Part shown: positions 1-8,406 of the stretch, one piece after another
How positions within the stretch are numbered: the first letter of the stretch is position 1
Layout of the letters: every line of letters starts with the position of its first letter
Assembly (NCBI GenBank): GCA_963744995.1
Contig: CAVUWA010000010.1
Location: forward strand, 320,001 to 384,000
Length of the DNA stretch: 64,000 bases
Reading direction: 5' to 3'
Source: Candidatus Eiseniibacteriota bacterium
GTDB lineage: Bacteria > Eisenbacteria > RBG-16-71-46
Position numbers and translations under genes: made by a program
Notes under the pieces: generated by a model
What the model was told of the DNA's origin: nothing
Database searches by the model: none
Seen by the model: the letters and a program-made list of their open reading frames with translations, nothing else

Positions 1-756
1 GTCGCGCTTCCATGCCGCCTGATCCGCCTTCGACCAGGTGAGATCCGGGTGCACCAGCGGGCCGCCCGCGGCGGCGAGCACCGCGACGCCCTCGCCGAAC
101 GCGCCCGCCCAGGTGCGGATCATGCGCTCTTCCGGCGGCCCCGCCGTGTCGGCGTCCGCCGCCGCGCAGGCCCGTGCATAGCCGACGTGGTGCAGCTCGT
201 GCGCGATGGTGTTGGCGAGCCGCGCCGGCGGAATCGCGGGATCCACGTAGAGGAAGATCGCCGGATCGCCGTGCAGGTCGTAGACGAAGCTGTTGGTCTG
301 CGGCTTGATGACGAAGTACACCGTCGCCTCGATCCGCGTGCCCTGCGGCAGGTAGGTGAACGCACGCCGCGCCGCGGCCAGCATCTGCACCTTCTTCCAG
401 GCCTCGACGGTTTCCCGCATGGCGCCGGCGCGCGCACGCATCGAGTCCGATTCGAGGTACGCACGCATCCGCGCTGCGTCGAGCTCGCGCCCCATGGACT
501 CCTGGCGCGCCTCGAGCCGCCTGTAGCCGGTGCTCTCGAACAGCCGCTTCCACGCGGCGGCGCCGATCGGCTCGCCTCTGGCGCCCTCGTCGAGGATCGC
601 GAGCGCGGCGTCGGCTTCGTCACTCGAGAGACGGATGTCGATCGGCAGGTTGCGGTCGGTGATCTCCACGGCCGCGCGCACGGGGCGCGGCACGAGTCCG
701 CCGGCCACGACGGCCAGCAGCAGCAACGCCCGGGAGGGCGTGTTCGGGAACGTCAT
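1..756 (-). CDS. Secreted putative Zn-dependent protease (DUF5700-like), partial, runs off the window start
   Basis: Not in ORF track. Manual translation from ATG 756 (RBS GGAG) gives MTFPNTPSRALLLLAVVAGG... with a signal peptide, VYFVIKPQTNSFV and the HEXXH motif AHELHH. Confidence 0.75.
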   Translation of the reverse strand, partial: MTFPNTPSRALLLLAVVAGGLVPRPVRAAVEITDRNLPIDIRLSSDEADAALAILDEGARGEPIGAAAWKRLFESTGYRRLEARQESMGRELDAARMRAYLESDSMRARAGAMRETVEAWKKVQMLAAARRAFTYLPQGTRIEATVYFVIKPQTNSFVYDLHGDPAIFLYVDPAIPPARLANTIAHELHHVGYARACAAADADTAGPPEERMIRTWAGAFGEGVAVLAAAGGPLVHPDLTWSKADQAAWKRD

Positions 757-842
757 CGGAACTCCTCGCGGGGTCTGGTCCCAGGGAACCGTGGAATGCT
801 AAACGAGCGGACTCGCGAGGGCGAATCACCGCGGGGTGCCGC

Positions 843-2552
843 TCACGGCACCGCGGCGTCACCGGCCGGGTCGAGCGCGTCGATCTGCGCCTCGAGACCG
901 TCCAGCACGGCGACCGTGAGCGAGTCGAGCCCGCCGCGCGCGCGGATGCGCGCGATCATGCCGCGCGCCTCGGCGAAGCGCCGCGCCTCGGCGTACATGC
1001 GTGCCGCGAGCATGCCGCGGTTGGGCGTCGGGACCCGCTGGTAGCCGTCCGCATAGGCCCGCGCGGCGCGCCAGCGGTCGCCCACCGACTCCCACCACCG
1101 GCCGAGGTAGAGCTGCGCGTGGCCGAGCTGCGGGTCGGCCGGGAGCGGCCGGGCGCCGACGAACGCCTGCGCGCGGCGCAGGGTCACGGCGGCGTCGGCA
1201 TGCACGGCGACCCAGCCGAAGGCGGTGAGCGCGAGCACCGGCAGCGACCAGGTCAGCGCCCGTTCGAGCGCCGCCCCGCCACGCCTCACGAGCAGGCTCA
1301 GCCCGGCGAGCGAGAGCGTCCAGCCGAGCAGCGTGGCGAGATCCCAGTCGCGCTGCATGCCGAGTCCGCTCGGCGCCGCCGGCAGCACGAACGCAAGCGG
1401 CACGAGCGGCAGCGCCGCGATCCACAGCAACCCGGGCTGCATCGCGGGGGGCGCGGACGCCGGGCGGCGCGCCGCGAACCAGGTGCCGAGCACCAGCAGC
1501 GGCGCGACGAGCAGCAGCAGGTTCACGGCGTCGAACCACGGGGCCACCGCGGGCAGCCGTGCACCGCCGGAGAAGACGTCGGCGAAGTCGCCGCCGAGGC
1601 GCCCGGCGCCGCCGGCGGCGGCGAGCACGGCCGCGACCAGCGCCACCAGCGCCGTGAGGCCGAGGCACGCGCGCCGGTGCTCCGGGCGGTCGCCCGCCAC
1701 GGCCGGACCCAGGCAGCGCCACGCCATCGGCAGCAGCATCAGCCACGCGATCCGGTGCGCGAGGAACAGCAGCAGCCACATGCCGGCGAGCCGCAGCGCC
1801 TGGCGGCGCGAGGCGAGCGGTGGCAGCAGCTCCGACCACCACCACGCCGCGCACGCGAGCAGCAGCCCGCCCGACTCCGCGTAGCCCGCGAACAGCTCGA
1901 GCGTGCCGGCCATGACCAGTGCCGCGGTCGCCGCCGGGAGCAGTCCCGCCGGCACGTGCATGCGACGCACCACCCGCACGGCGCCCGCGAGGTAGGACAG
2001 TCCGGTCGCGAACGTCACGAGCGACACCGCGCGCTCGACCGTCATGCCGCCCCGCGCGAGGGCCGCGGGCAGCAGCATGTTGACCACGAAGTCGAGCGGG
2101 CTGGCGTGGACCCGGGCCGCCCACTCCGTCCACGGCTGGCGGTCCACGCCGTGGACGGACATGGTGAGCGCGCCGAGCCGCACGCCGGTGTCACCGAGCC
2201 AGTGCGCCGCCTCGGCGAGCCCGAACGCGAGCACCGCCATGACCGCGACGCCCGCGCCGATCGCGATTCGCGCCGACCCGACCCGCGGCAGCCCGGCGGC
2301 CAGCAGCGCGCAGGCGATCAGCGCGAGGGCGGCCGCGAGCGGCAACGAGCGCACCGCGTCCACACCCCAGAACAGATTGGAGGCGGCCGGCGCCGCGAGC
2401 AGCAGGATCCCCCAGGCCATCGGCAGGGCGGCGCGCCAGGCTTCGAGCGGCCTGCCGGCGGGCGCGGTGGCGGTCCCGGCGGGGCGCGCCCCGCGCGAAG
2501 CCCGCGCCGCGCCGCGGCGCCTGCGTGCGTCCGTGGAGGAAGTGCGGCCCAT
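843..2552 (-). CDS. Polytopic membrane protein with C-terminal TPR-like helices, possibly GT-C-like
   Basis: 569 aa with many hydrophobic segments; C-terminal helical repeat (HAQLYLGRWWESVGDRWRAARAY). Confidence 0.6.
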   Translation of the reverse strand: MGRTSSTDARRRRGAARASRGARPAGTATAPAGRPLEAWRAALPMAWGILLLAAPAASNLFWGVDAVRSLPLAAALALIACALLAAGLPRVGSARIAIGAGVAVMAVLAFGLAEAAHWLGDTGVRLGALTMSVHGVDRQPWTEWAARVHASPLDFVVNMLLPAALARGGMTVERAVSLVTFATGLSYLAGAVRVVRRMHVPAGLLPAATAALVMAGTLELFAGYAESGGLLLACAAWWWSELLPPLASRRQALRLAGMWLLLFLAHRIAWLMLLPMAWRCLGPAVAGDRPEHRRACLGLTALVALVAAVLAAAGGAGRLGGDFADVFSGGARLPAVAPWFDAVNLLLLVAPLLVLGTWFAARRPASAPPAMQPGLLWIAALPLVPLAFVLPAAPSGLGMQRDWDLATLLGWTLSLAGLSLLVRRGGAALERALTWSLPVLALTAFGWVAVHADAAVTLRRAQAFVGARPLPADPQLGHAQLYLGRWWESVGDRWRAARAYADGYQRVPTPNRGMLAARMYAEARRFAEARGMIARIRARGGLDSLTVAVLDGLEAQIDALDPAGDAAVP

Positions 2553-2574
2553 CGGACCTCCGGGCCAGGGGCGA

Positions 2575-3333
2575 TCAGCTCGCGGCGCGCTGCGGCAGGC
2601 CGCCGAACCGGCGTTCGCGACCGTGGAAGGCCTGCACGATACGCCCCAGCTCCTCGGCCTGGAAGTCCGGCCACATCGTCGGCGTGAAGAACAGCTCGGC
2701 GTAGGCGGCTTCCCACATCATGAAGTCGCTCAGCCGCTGTTCGCCGCCGGTGCGCACCAGCAGGTCCACCTCGGGCGTGCCCTGGCGTGAGTGCATCGCT
2801 TCGGCGATGCGCTCGCTGAGCGCCTCGCGCGAATCGGCGGTGTCGCCGTTCATCGCCCGCGCGGCGCGCGCGATCACGTCGCGCGAGGAGTAGTCGAGCG
2901 CGATACGCAGGTCGAGCGTGGCGCCGCCCGACGTGTCGCGCTCGGCGTCCGCGATCGCCTGGGCCAGCCGGCCGGGGATCCGGTCGCGGCGGCCGATGAA
3001 CGACAGCCGCACGCCGTCCTTCACGCAGTTGGGCGTCTCGAGCCGCAGGTATTCGCCGAGCAGGTGCATGAGGCCGCGCACCTCGGCCGGCGGACGCGAC
3101 CAGTTGTCGGCCGAGAACGCGTACAGCGTCAGCATGCGAACGCCGTGGTCCGGCGCCGCCTCGACGATGCGGCGCACCGTATCGGCGCCGGCGCGGTGGC
3201 CGGCGAGCCGCGGCTTGCCGCGCCCCGTGGCCCAGCGACCGTTGCCGTCCATGATGATCGCCACGTGCAGGCCCGTGCCCGGCCTGGCTCGACGCTCACG
3301 GCTCATGGCGTTCCGCTCCCGCGCGGCGGACAT
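2575..3333 (-). CDS. uppS: Di-trans,poly-cis-isoprenyl (undecaprenyl diphosphate synthase-type) transferase
   Basis: Motifs HVAIIMDGNGRWA, YAFSADNWSRP, RTGGEQRLSDF, WPDF, RERRFGG. Start may be 3306. Confidence 0.92.
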   Translation of the reverse strand: MSAARERNAMSRERRARPGTGLHVAIIMDGNGRWATGRGKPRLAGHRAGADTVRRIVEAAPDHGVRMLTLYAFSADNWSRPPAEVRGLMHLLGEYLRLETPNCVKDGVRLSFIGRRDRIPGRLAQAIADAERDTSGGATLDLRIALDYSSRDVIARAARAMNGDTADSREALSERIAEAMHSRQGTPEVDLLVRTGGEQRLSDFMMWEAAYAELFFTPTMWPDFQAEELGRIVQAFHGRERRFGGLPQRAAS

Positions 3334-3346
3334 CCGCAGGCGGACC

Positions 3347-3745
3347 TCAACCGCGGGTCGCCCGGATGAGCGCCTCCATGTGGGACAGGTAGCGCTTGAG
3401 GGCGGCGCGCCCGGCCTCGGTCAGACGGTATTCGGTACGCGGCACCCGGCCCTCGAAGCGCTTGGTGCACTCCACGTAGCCGACCTCTTCCAGGCGGCGC
3501 GCGTGCACACTGAGATTTCCATCGGTGGCCCGGACCAGTTTCTTGAGGTCGTTGAACGACACCGCGTCGTGCACCGCCAGCACGCTCACGATCCCGAGCC
3601 GCATGCGCTCGTGGATGATGCGGTCGAGATCGAGCGCCGAGCGCCGCGGGGCGTGCCCCTCGACCTGGCCGAGCGCGCGCGCCGCGCCGCGCACGGGGCG
3701 CCCGGGCGGGCCGCCGGATTCCATCTTCTGGGCCCCCCTAGCCAC
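3347..3745 (-). CDS. Winged-helix transcriptional regulator (HTH_34/MarR-ArsR-like)
   Basis: LDRIIHERMRLGIVSVL...TDGNLSVHARRLEEVGYV...PRTEYRLT. Start may be 3724. Confidence 0.9.
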   Translation of the reverse strand: MARGAQKMESGGPPGRPVRGAARALGQVEGHAPRRSALDLDRIIHERMRLGIVSVLAVHDAVSFNDLKKLVRATDGNLSVHARRLEEVGYVECTKRFEGRVPRTEYRLTEAGRAALKRYLSHMEALIRATRG

Positions 3746-4349
3746 CGTGCCGCCGCGCGATGATGAAGCCGAAAACGACGTGCAGCAGGCCGTAGCCGGC
3801 CGCCATGAACAGATCGGCCCAGGCGTGCGGGCCGAACAGCGCCGCGATGCCGAGCGCCATGAAGCAGCCGCCCATCACCGGCACGATCTTCACCGAGAAC
3901 GCCCCGCCGATCGCGAACGCGGTGCCGTAGAGCAGCAGCCACGTGCCGGGCAGCAGGTGGGCCATGCCGGCGCGGTAGAGCGCCAGCGTCAGCACGGCGC
4001 CGGCGAGCATCGGCAGCGAGAAGCTCATCAGGAAGCGGCGCCCGCTGCCGGCGAGCAGCGGCGCCCCCGCGATGCGCGACTTGATGCGCATCGCCTGCAC
4101 GCCGATCCCGAGCGCGAGGATCGCCTCCGCCACCCAGACCCGCACCCAGGCCGCATCGTTCGCGGTGCGCGCGGCGATCGCGGCCGCGGCGAACGCGGTG
4201 AGTCCGACCGCCACCTGCCCCCAGCCGGGCACCGACGTGAACGAGGCCGCATGCTCCATGGTCTGGCGGATGTAGCGCAGGTTGTCCATCGCCTGCGCCT
4301 GAAGCGCGTCGGTGCGATGGCGGCGGCGGACGGCGCGGAGCGAACTCAT
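3738..4349 (-). CDS. Membrane protein (about 6 TM)
   Basis: AMDNLRYIRQTMEHAASFTSVPGWG N-terminal motif followed by hydrophobic helices; overlaps the HTH gene. Confidence 0.8.
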   Translation of the reverse strand: MSSLRAVRRRHRTDALQAQAMDNLRYIRQTMEHAASFTSVPGWGQVAVGLTAFAAAAIAARTANDAAWVRVWVAEAILALGIGVQAMRIKSRIAGAPLLAGSGRRFLMSFSLPMLAGAVLTLALYRAGMAHLLPGTWLLLYGTAFAIGGAFSVKIVPVMGGCFMALGIAALFGPHAWADLFMAAGYGLLHVVFGFIIARRHGG

Positions 4350-4356
4350 GCCGGAA

Positions 4357-4406
4357 AGCCTAGCGCGGCCGGCGGGCGATGATCAAGTACTTTGCGTGGC
4401 AAAGTA
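4357..4406 (-). promoter_or_regulatory. Promoter plus palindromic operator for the membrane protein/HTH/uppS operon
   Basis: Inverted repeat TACTTTGC-GTG-GCAAAGTA at 4388-4406; minus-strand TTGATC-18-TAGGCT lies 7 nt before ATG 4349. Confidence 0.65.
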
Positions 4407-4419
4407 GTGGTCCGGAACG

Positions 4420-4446
4420 GGGCGCCGGTCCTCGGGACCGGCGCCC
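4420..4446 (-). terminator. Hairpin ending the ECF/DUF4097 operon
   Basis: GGGCGCCGGTCC-TCG-GGACCGGCGCCC, perfect 12-bp stem; weak U-tract. Confidence 0.5.
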
Positions 4447-4470
4447 GCTTCGAACCGGACCCGCCGCTGC

Positions 4471-5280
4471 TCAGGAGCGGGTTCGAAGCCGGATGCGGCC
4501 GTTCACGGTTTCGAGCGACAGCTTGCCGCCGCCGTGGCCGATCGTGCCCGACAGGCGCTTCGGCCCCCAGCGTCCCTGCACGCGCAGCGGCAGATCGGTC
4601 TCGATGGCGCCGTTGACGGACACGGCCGACACCTCGGCATCGGCGTCCTCCGGAAGCATCAGTTCGATGCGCCCGTTCACGGTGCGGAACGACATCTGGT
4701 CCTTCCAGTGCGAGACGCCCGTGGAAGCCCGGATCGAACCGTTCACCGTCTCGGCGGTCACGGCGCCGCTGGTGGAGACGTCGATCGAGCCGTTGACCGA
4801 CTGGGCCAGCACGTCCCCGGCGAGTCCCTCGGCGCCCACGCCACCGTTGACGGCGCGCCCGGTGAAGGCGACCCCCGCGGGCACCCGCACCTCGTAGTCC
4901 ACGGCGACGTCGTTGTCGTGCACGCTCATGCGGCCGCCGCCGCCGGCGCTGCAACGATTCCCCCGGCCGGGATAGTGCGTGCAGATCGTCACGCCGCCGT
5001 CGTGTTCGAGGACCTCGATGGTCACCTCGTCGGGGTCGCTCCGCTTCCAGCGCTTGGTGGCGCGGACCTCGACGCGGTCGCCGTCCGTGGCCACGGCGTC
5101 GATCCTGCCGTTGATGGTCTTGATCTCGATCGTCTTGCCGCGCTCGATCCGGCCCGACCATTCGAAGCTGCGATCGGTGCCGCCGGCCGCGGCGGGCAGG
5201 ACGCCCGCGGCGAGGGTCGCGGCGGCGAGCAGCGTGACGGCGGCGAGCCGCCGGGTGAGGCGTGGGAGCACTGGCTTCAT
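4471..5280 (-). CDS. DUF4097 beta-strand repeat protein, secreted
   Basis: Signal peptide; repeated (T/S)VNG.I motifs. Confidence 0.85.
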   Translation of the reverse strand: MKPVLPRLTRRLAAVTLLAAATLAAGVLPAAAGGTDRSFEWSGRIERGKTIEIKTINGRIDAVATDGDRVEVRATKRWKRSDPDEVTIEVLEHDGGVTICTHYPGRGNRCSAGGGGRMSVHDNDVAVDYEVRVPAGVAFTGRAVNGGVGAEGLAGDVLAQSVNGSIDVSTSGAVTAETVNGSIRASTGVSHWKDQMSFRTVNGRIELMLPEDADAEVSAVSVNGAIETDLPLRVQGRWGPKRLSGTIGHGGGKLSLETVNGRIRLRTRS

Positions 5281-5340
5281 CCGGTGTTCCTCCTTGCGTG
5301 CCGCGCGGCCCGGCTCCCCGGAGGCCCACCACGACGGCCG

Positions 5341-6327
5341 TTACTGGTCGTTGTCCGCGTCTCCGCTCTGGCGGCGGCGCTCCAGCACCTTCTGCATCTC
5401 GCGCTTGTTGCGTTCCAGCCGGCGCTGCAACTCTTCGAGCGTGCGGCCGCGGCGCTCCAGCACCTGCTTCGCCTCCTCGGAGTCCGCGCGCAGCAGACGG
5501 ATCGCGCCCTGGAACGACTCGAAGTCGAGCACCGCGCTGCCGTCGCCCATGGTGAAGTTCATCCCCTGCCCGCGCCGCGTGCCGTGCAGCTCGACCGGAA
5601 AGCTCGATTCGAAGTCGCCGCTGAAGGTCTCGACCGACACGGTGGCGTTCGGGCGATCCCTGGTCACGACCAGGATGTCGCCGTTGTGGGTTCCGAACTG
5701 GTAGCGGCCGGACTTCGCGAAATCGCCGTCCCAGATCAGGTCGCCGTTGGCGCTGCTCGCCTCCACGAGATTGGATACGATGCGACCGAGCACGATGTTG
5801 CCGTTGACCGTGCTGGCCACCACGTCACCCACGGCATCGAGCACGACCACGCCGTCGTTGACCGAACTGGCCTGCACCCGGCCGTGCGCGCCCTCGACGC
5901 GGACGTTGCCCTCCATCGAGCGCAGCGAGATCAGACCCTTGCCGCCCTTGACGTGCACGTTGCCGCGCACCGTTTCGACCACGACGTCGCCATCCACACC
6001 GTCCACCGACACGTCGTTGTTGATGCCGGAGACGTTCACGCCCACCCAGGTCGGCACCTGGATCTCGTAGTTCACCAGGCGCGCCGGCAGCTGGCGGGCC
6101 CGCGAGGTCACCATCAGCGCCGGACCCTTGCGCTGGATCTCGACGGTCACATGGCGCGTGTGTTCGGCGTGGATGTGGACCCGGTTCTGGCGCCACGCCG
6201 AGACCTGCACCTGGCCACCGAAGTTGAATACGTTGAGCCGGGTCCCGGGGGCCACCGTGATGGACGTGTCGGTTTGCACGGCGCCGCTCGCCAGCACGCT
6301 CAGCAGGGTCGCTGCGATCAGATTCAT
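5341..6327 (-). CDS. DUF4097 beta-strand repeat protein with C-terminal coiled coil
   Basis: Signal peptide; TVRGNV, TVNGNI and TFSGDF repeats; charged coiled-coil tail. Confidence 0.8.
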   Translation of the reverse strand: MNLIAATLLSVLASGAVQTDTSITVAPGTRLNVFNFGGQVQVSAWRQNRVHIHAEHTRHVTVEIQRKGPALMVTSRARQLPARLVNYEIQVPTWVGVNVSGINNDVSVDGVDGDVVVETVRGNVHVKGGKGLISLRSMEGNVRVEGAHGRVQASSVNDGVVVLDAVGDVVASTVNGNIVLGRIVSNLVEASSANGDLIWDGDFAKSGRYQFGTHNGDILVVTRDRPNATVSVETFSGDFESSFPVELHGTRRGQGMNFTMGDGSAVLDFESFQGAIRLLRADSEEAKQVLERRGRTLEELQRRLERNKREMQKVLERRRQSGDADNDQ

Positions 6328-6342
6328 GTAGATGGATTCTCC

Positions 6343-7122
6343 TCAGTTCCCCGCGTAGGCATAGACGGTCGCCTGCTGCAGCAGGTCCACCTTCCTCTGC
6401 ATCTGACGGTTCAGATGACGGTACAGATAGGGACTCTCCGGATCGGCTTCGAGCGCGCGCCGCGAGTCGGCGATCGCCTGATCGATGATCCCCAGGTTGG
6501 TGCGCAGCACCTTCACGGTCTCGGGGTCCAGCCGGTCGCGGCCGCTTTCGAGCGTCTTCTCGAGGTCGGCAATCGTGGCCTGGTAGCCCGCGTCACCGAG
6601 CCACGGCTCGTCGCCGGAGGCGTTCGCGGCATCGGTGGCGCCGGGATCGACGGCGGCCAGCGGCGTGCGATCGGCAGCGGGTCCGGCGTGACGGGTGATC
6701 CACCACGCGCCGCCCGCCGACAGCGCGGCGATCAGCACGGCCGCGGCCGCGACCTGCGGCAGGGTGAATCGCAGCGTCATCGCAGGCCAGCGCGGATGCC
6801 TCGCGATCGGCACCGGGGCCGCGGCCGGCGCGACGTCGGGGACGGACGCGGGCTCCCCGGCACGCGTCCCCCCTTCCGCCGGCGCCGGCGCGGCCCCGGC
6901 GCCGATGCGCGCCGCGATTCCCCGCCAGAGGTCGCGCTCGGGCTCGATGCCCCCCAGCGCCGTCGCGCGCAGCACGACCGCGCGCAGCTCCTCGACCAGC
7001 GTGCGGCACGCCTCGCACGAGGCGAGGTGGGCCTCCACTGCGGCGCGCTCGTTCGCCTCGAGCGTCTCGTCGACGTACTCCGAGAGGCGCTCCTCGAACG
7101 GATGGCGGAGGTCGCCGCTCAT
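6343..7122 (-). CDS. Zinc-finger (zf-HC2) transmembrane anti-sigma factor
   Basis: RLSEYVDETL...HLASCEAC (HxxxCxxC), then one TM and a helical periplasmic domain; ATGA overlap with the sigma gene. True start is 7122, not the ORF-track start. Confidence 0.9.
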   Translation of the reverse strand: MSGDLRHPFEERLSEYVDETLEANERAAVEAHLASCEACRTLVEELRAVVLRATALGGIEPERDLWRGIAARIGAGAAPAPAEGGTRAGEPASVPDVAPAAAPVPIARHPRWPAMTLRFTLPQVAAAAVLIAALSAGGAWWITRHAGPAADRTPLAAVDPGATDAANASGDEPWLGDAGYQATIADLEKTLESGRDRLDPETVKVLRTNLGIIDQAIADSRRALEADPESPYLYRHLNRQMQRKVDLLQQATVYAYAGN

Positions 7123-7703
7123 CGGTCGATGTGCCTGCGCAGCAGCATGCGCGCGCGGTGCAGCTGCGCCTTGGAGGTTCCCGCGGTCACCCCGAGCATC
7201 CGTCCGATCTCCTCGTGGCGGAACCCTTCGACGTCGTGCAGTACGAACACCTGTCGCGCTCCTTCCGGAAGGCGCTCGAGCGCGCCTTCGAAATCCATCC
7301 GCTCGTCCGCCCGTCCGCGTTTCGCGGGCGCGGTCTCGAGCGCCACCTCGTCCGCGACGAACCGACCGCGGCGCGTCGCCAGCTTCGCCCGCTGCCCGAG
7401 GATCACGTTGATCGCGACCCGGTGCAGCCAGGTGCCGAAGGCGGCTTCGCCGCGGAACGTCCCGAGCTTCTCCCACGCCCTGACGAACACGTCCTGCGTC
7501 AGCTCGTCGACGTCGGCGTCGCTCATCATCCGCCTCACCAGCCCGTGAATGCGACCCAGGTGGGTCCGATACAGCCTCTCGAACGCACGGGTGTCGCCGC
7601 GGGCCGCACGCGAGACGTCGTCCAGCTCCGCCCCGCCCGGCGACCGCCCCGTGCTACCGCTCGAAGCAGTCACCCCGGGACTGAGTGGCTCCATGCGCTT
7701 CAT
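7119..7703 (-). CDS. ECF RNA polymerase sigma factor
   Basis: GDTRAFERLY, ELTQDVFVRAW, FGTWLHRVAIN, LHDVEGFRHEEIG, GTSKAQLHRAR. Start 7703 or 7694. Confidence 0.93.
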   Translation of the reverse strand: MKRMEPLSPGVTASSGSTGRSPGGAELDDVSRAARGDTRAFERLYRTHLGRIHGLVRRMMSDADVDELTQDVFVRAWEKLGTFRGEAAFGTWLHRVAINVILGQRAKLATRRGRFVADEVALETAPAKRGRADERMDFEGALERLPEGARQVFVLHDVEGFRHEEIGRMLGVTAGTSKAQLHRARMLLRRHIDR

Positions 7704-7914
7704 TGGATACCCGTGCGGCATGGACGGTTGGAAGCGGGAGCGACCGGGGCGGCGCGGCGCGCGCGGCAACGCCACGCCCGGGTGCGCTCTGCCCCGCTGT
7801 CAGCCCCATGTGTCACAATGGCGCCGGCGCCGGGCGGGGCGCATGGCCGTGCCCGGCCCTGCCTTGCAATCGGCTGCCGCGCAGCCCGTTGGGCGCACGA
7901 GCCGGGCCCGGTTC

Positions 7915-7930
7915 TGGCATGGGCCTTGCG
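7915..7930 (+). promoter_or_regulatory. Sigma54 (-24/-12) promoter of the USP/acyl-CoA ligase operon
   Basis: TGGCATGGGCCTTGCG has exact GG-N10-GC spacing; RBS GGGAGG at 7944-7949; ATG at 7956. Confidence 0.75.
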
Positions 7931-7955
7931 CTCGGTGCGCGCAGGGAGGTGAATC

Positions 7956-8396
7956 ATGAAAATCCTCATCGGCGTAGACGACTCGGTACACTCGAATGCC
8001 GCGGTCGAGTACGTGAAGCATGCGACGTGGCCCAAGGGTACGAAAGTGTTCGTGCTTTCGGCCATCCGCTCGCCGATCATGGTGAACACGGAAGTTTACG
8101 TGGGCGGACCGTACGCGAGCGATCAGGCGTTCGAAGAAGCGATCAAGTATGGTCAGGAACTTACGGCCCGGGTCGAGAAAGAGTTGCGCGACATCGGGTT
8201 CGACACGGAGGCCCGCGTGGTGCAGGGCGATCCTCGCGTCGTCATCGAGGACACCGCACGTGACGTGGGCGCCGATCTCGTCGTCGTCGGCTCGCACGGG
8301 CGTACGGGACTCGCCAAGCTGATGCTCGGCAGCGTCGCCTCGCACGTCGTGTCGCATGCGCCGTGCGACGTGCTCGTCGTCAAGAAAAAGGACTGA
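7956..8396 (+). CDS. Universal stress protein
   Basis: MKILIGVDDS...ADLVVVGSHGRTGLAKLMLGSVASHVVSHAPCDVLVV. Confidence 0.95.
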   Translation: MKILIGVDDSVHSNAAVEYVKHATWPKGTKVFVLSAIRSPIMVNTEVYVGGPYASDQAFEEAIKYGQELTARVEKELRDIGFDTEARVVQGDPRVVIEDTARDVGADLVVVGSHGRTGLAKLMLGSVASHVVSHAPCDVLVVKKKD

Positions 8397-8406
8397 TTCC
8401 GACCGA

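Noticed and set aside
4534..7548. 1004-aa plus-strand ORF, and similar long ORFs at 8380-10851, 22082-24718, 45908-48478 and 58672-61746
   Set aside because: Antisense shadows of real genes, expected from stop-poor high-GC codon usage; no recognisable motifs.
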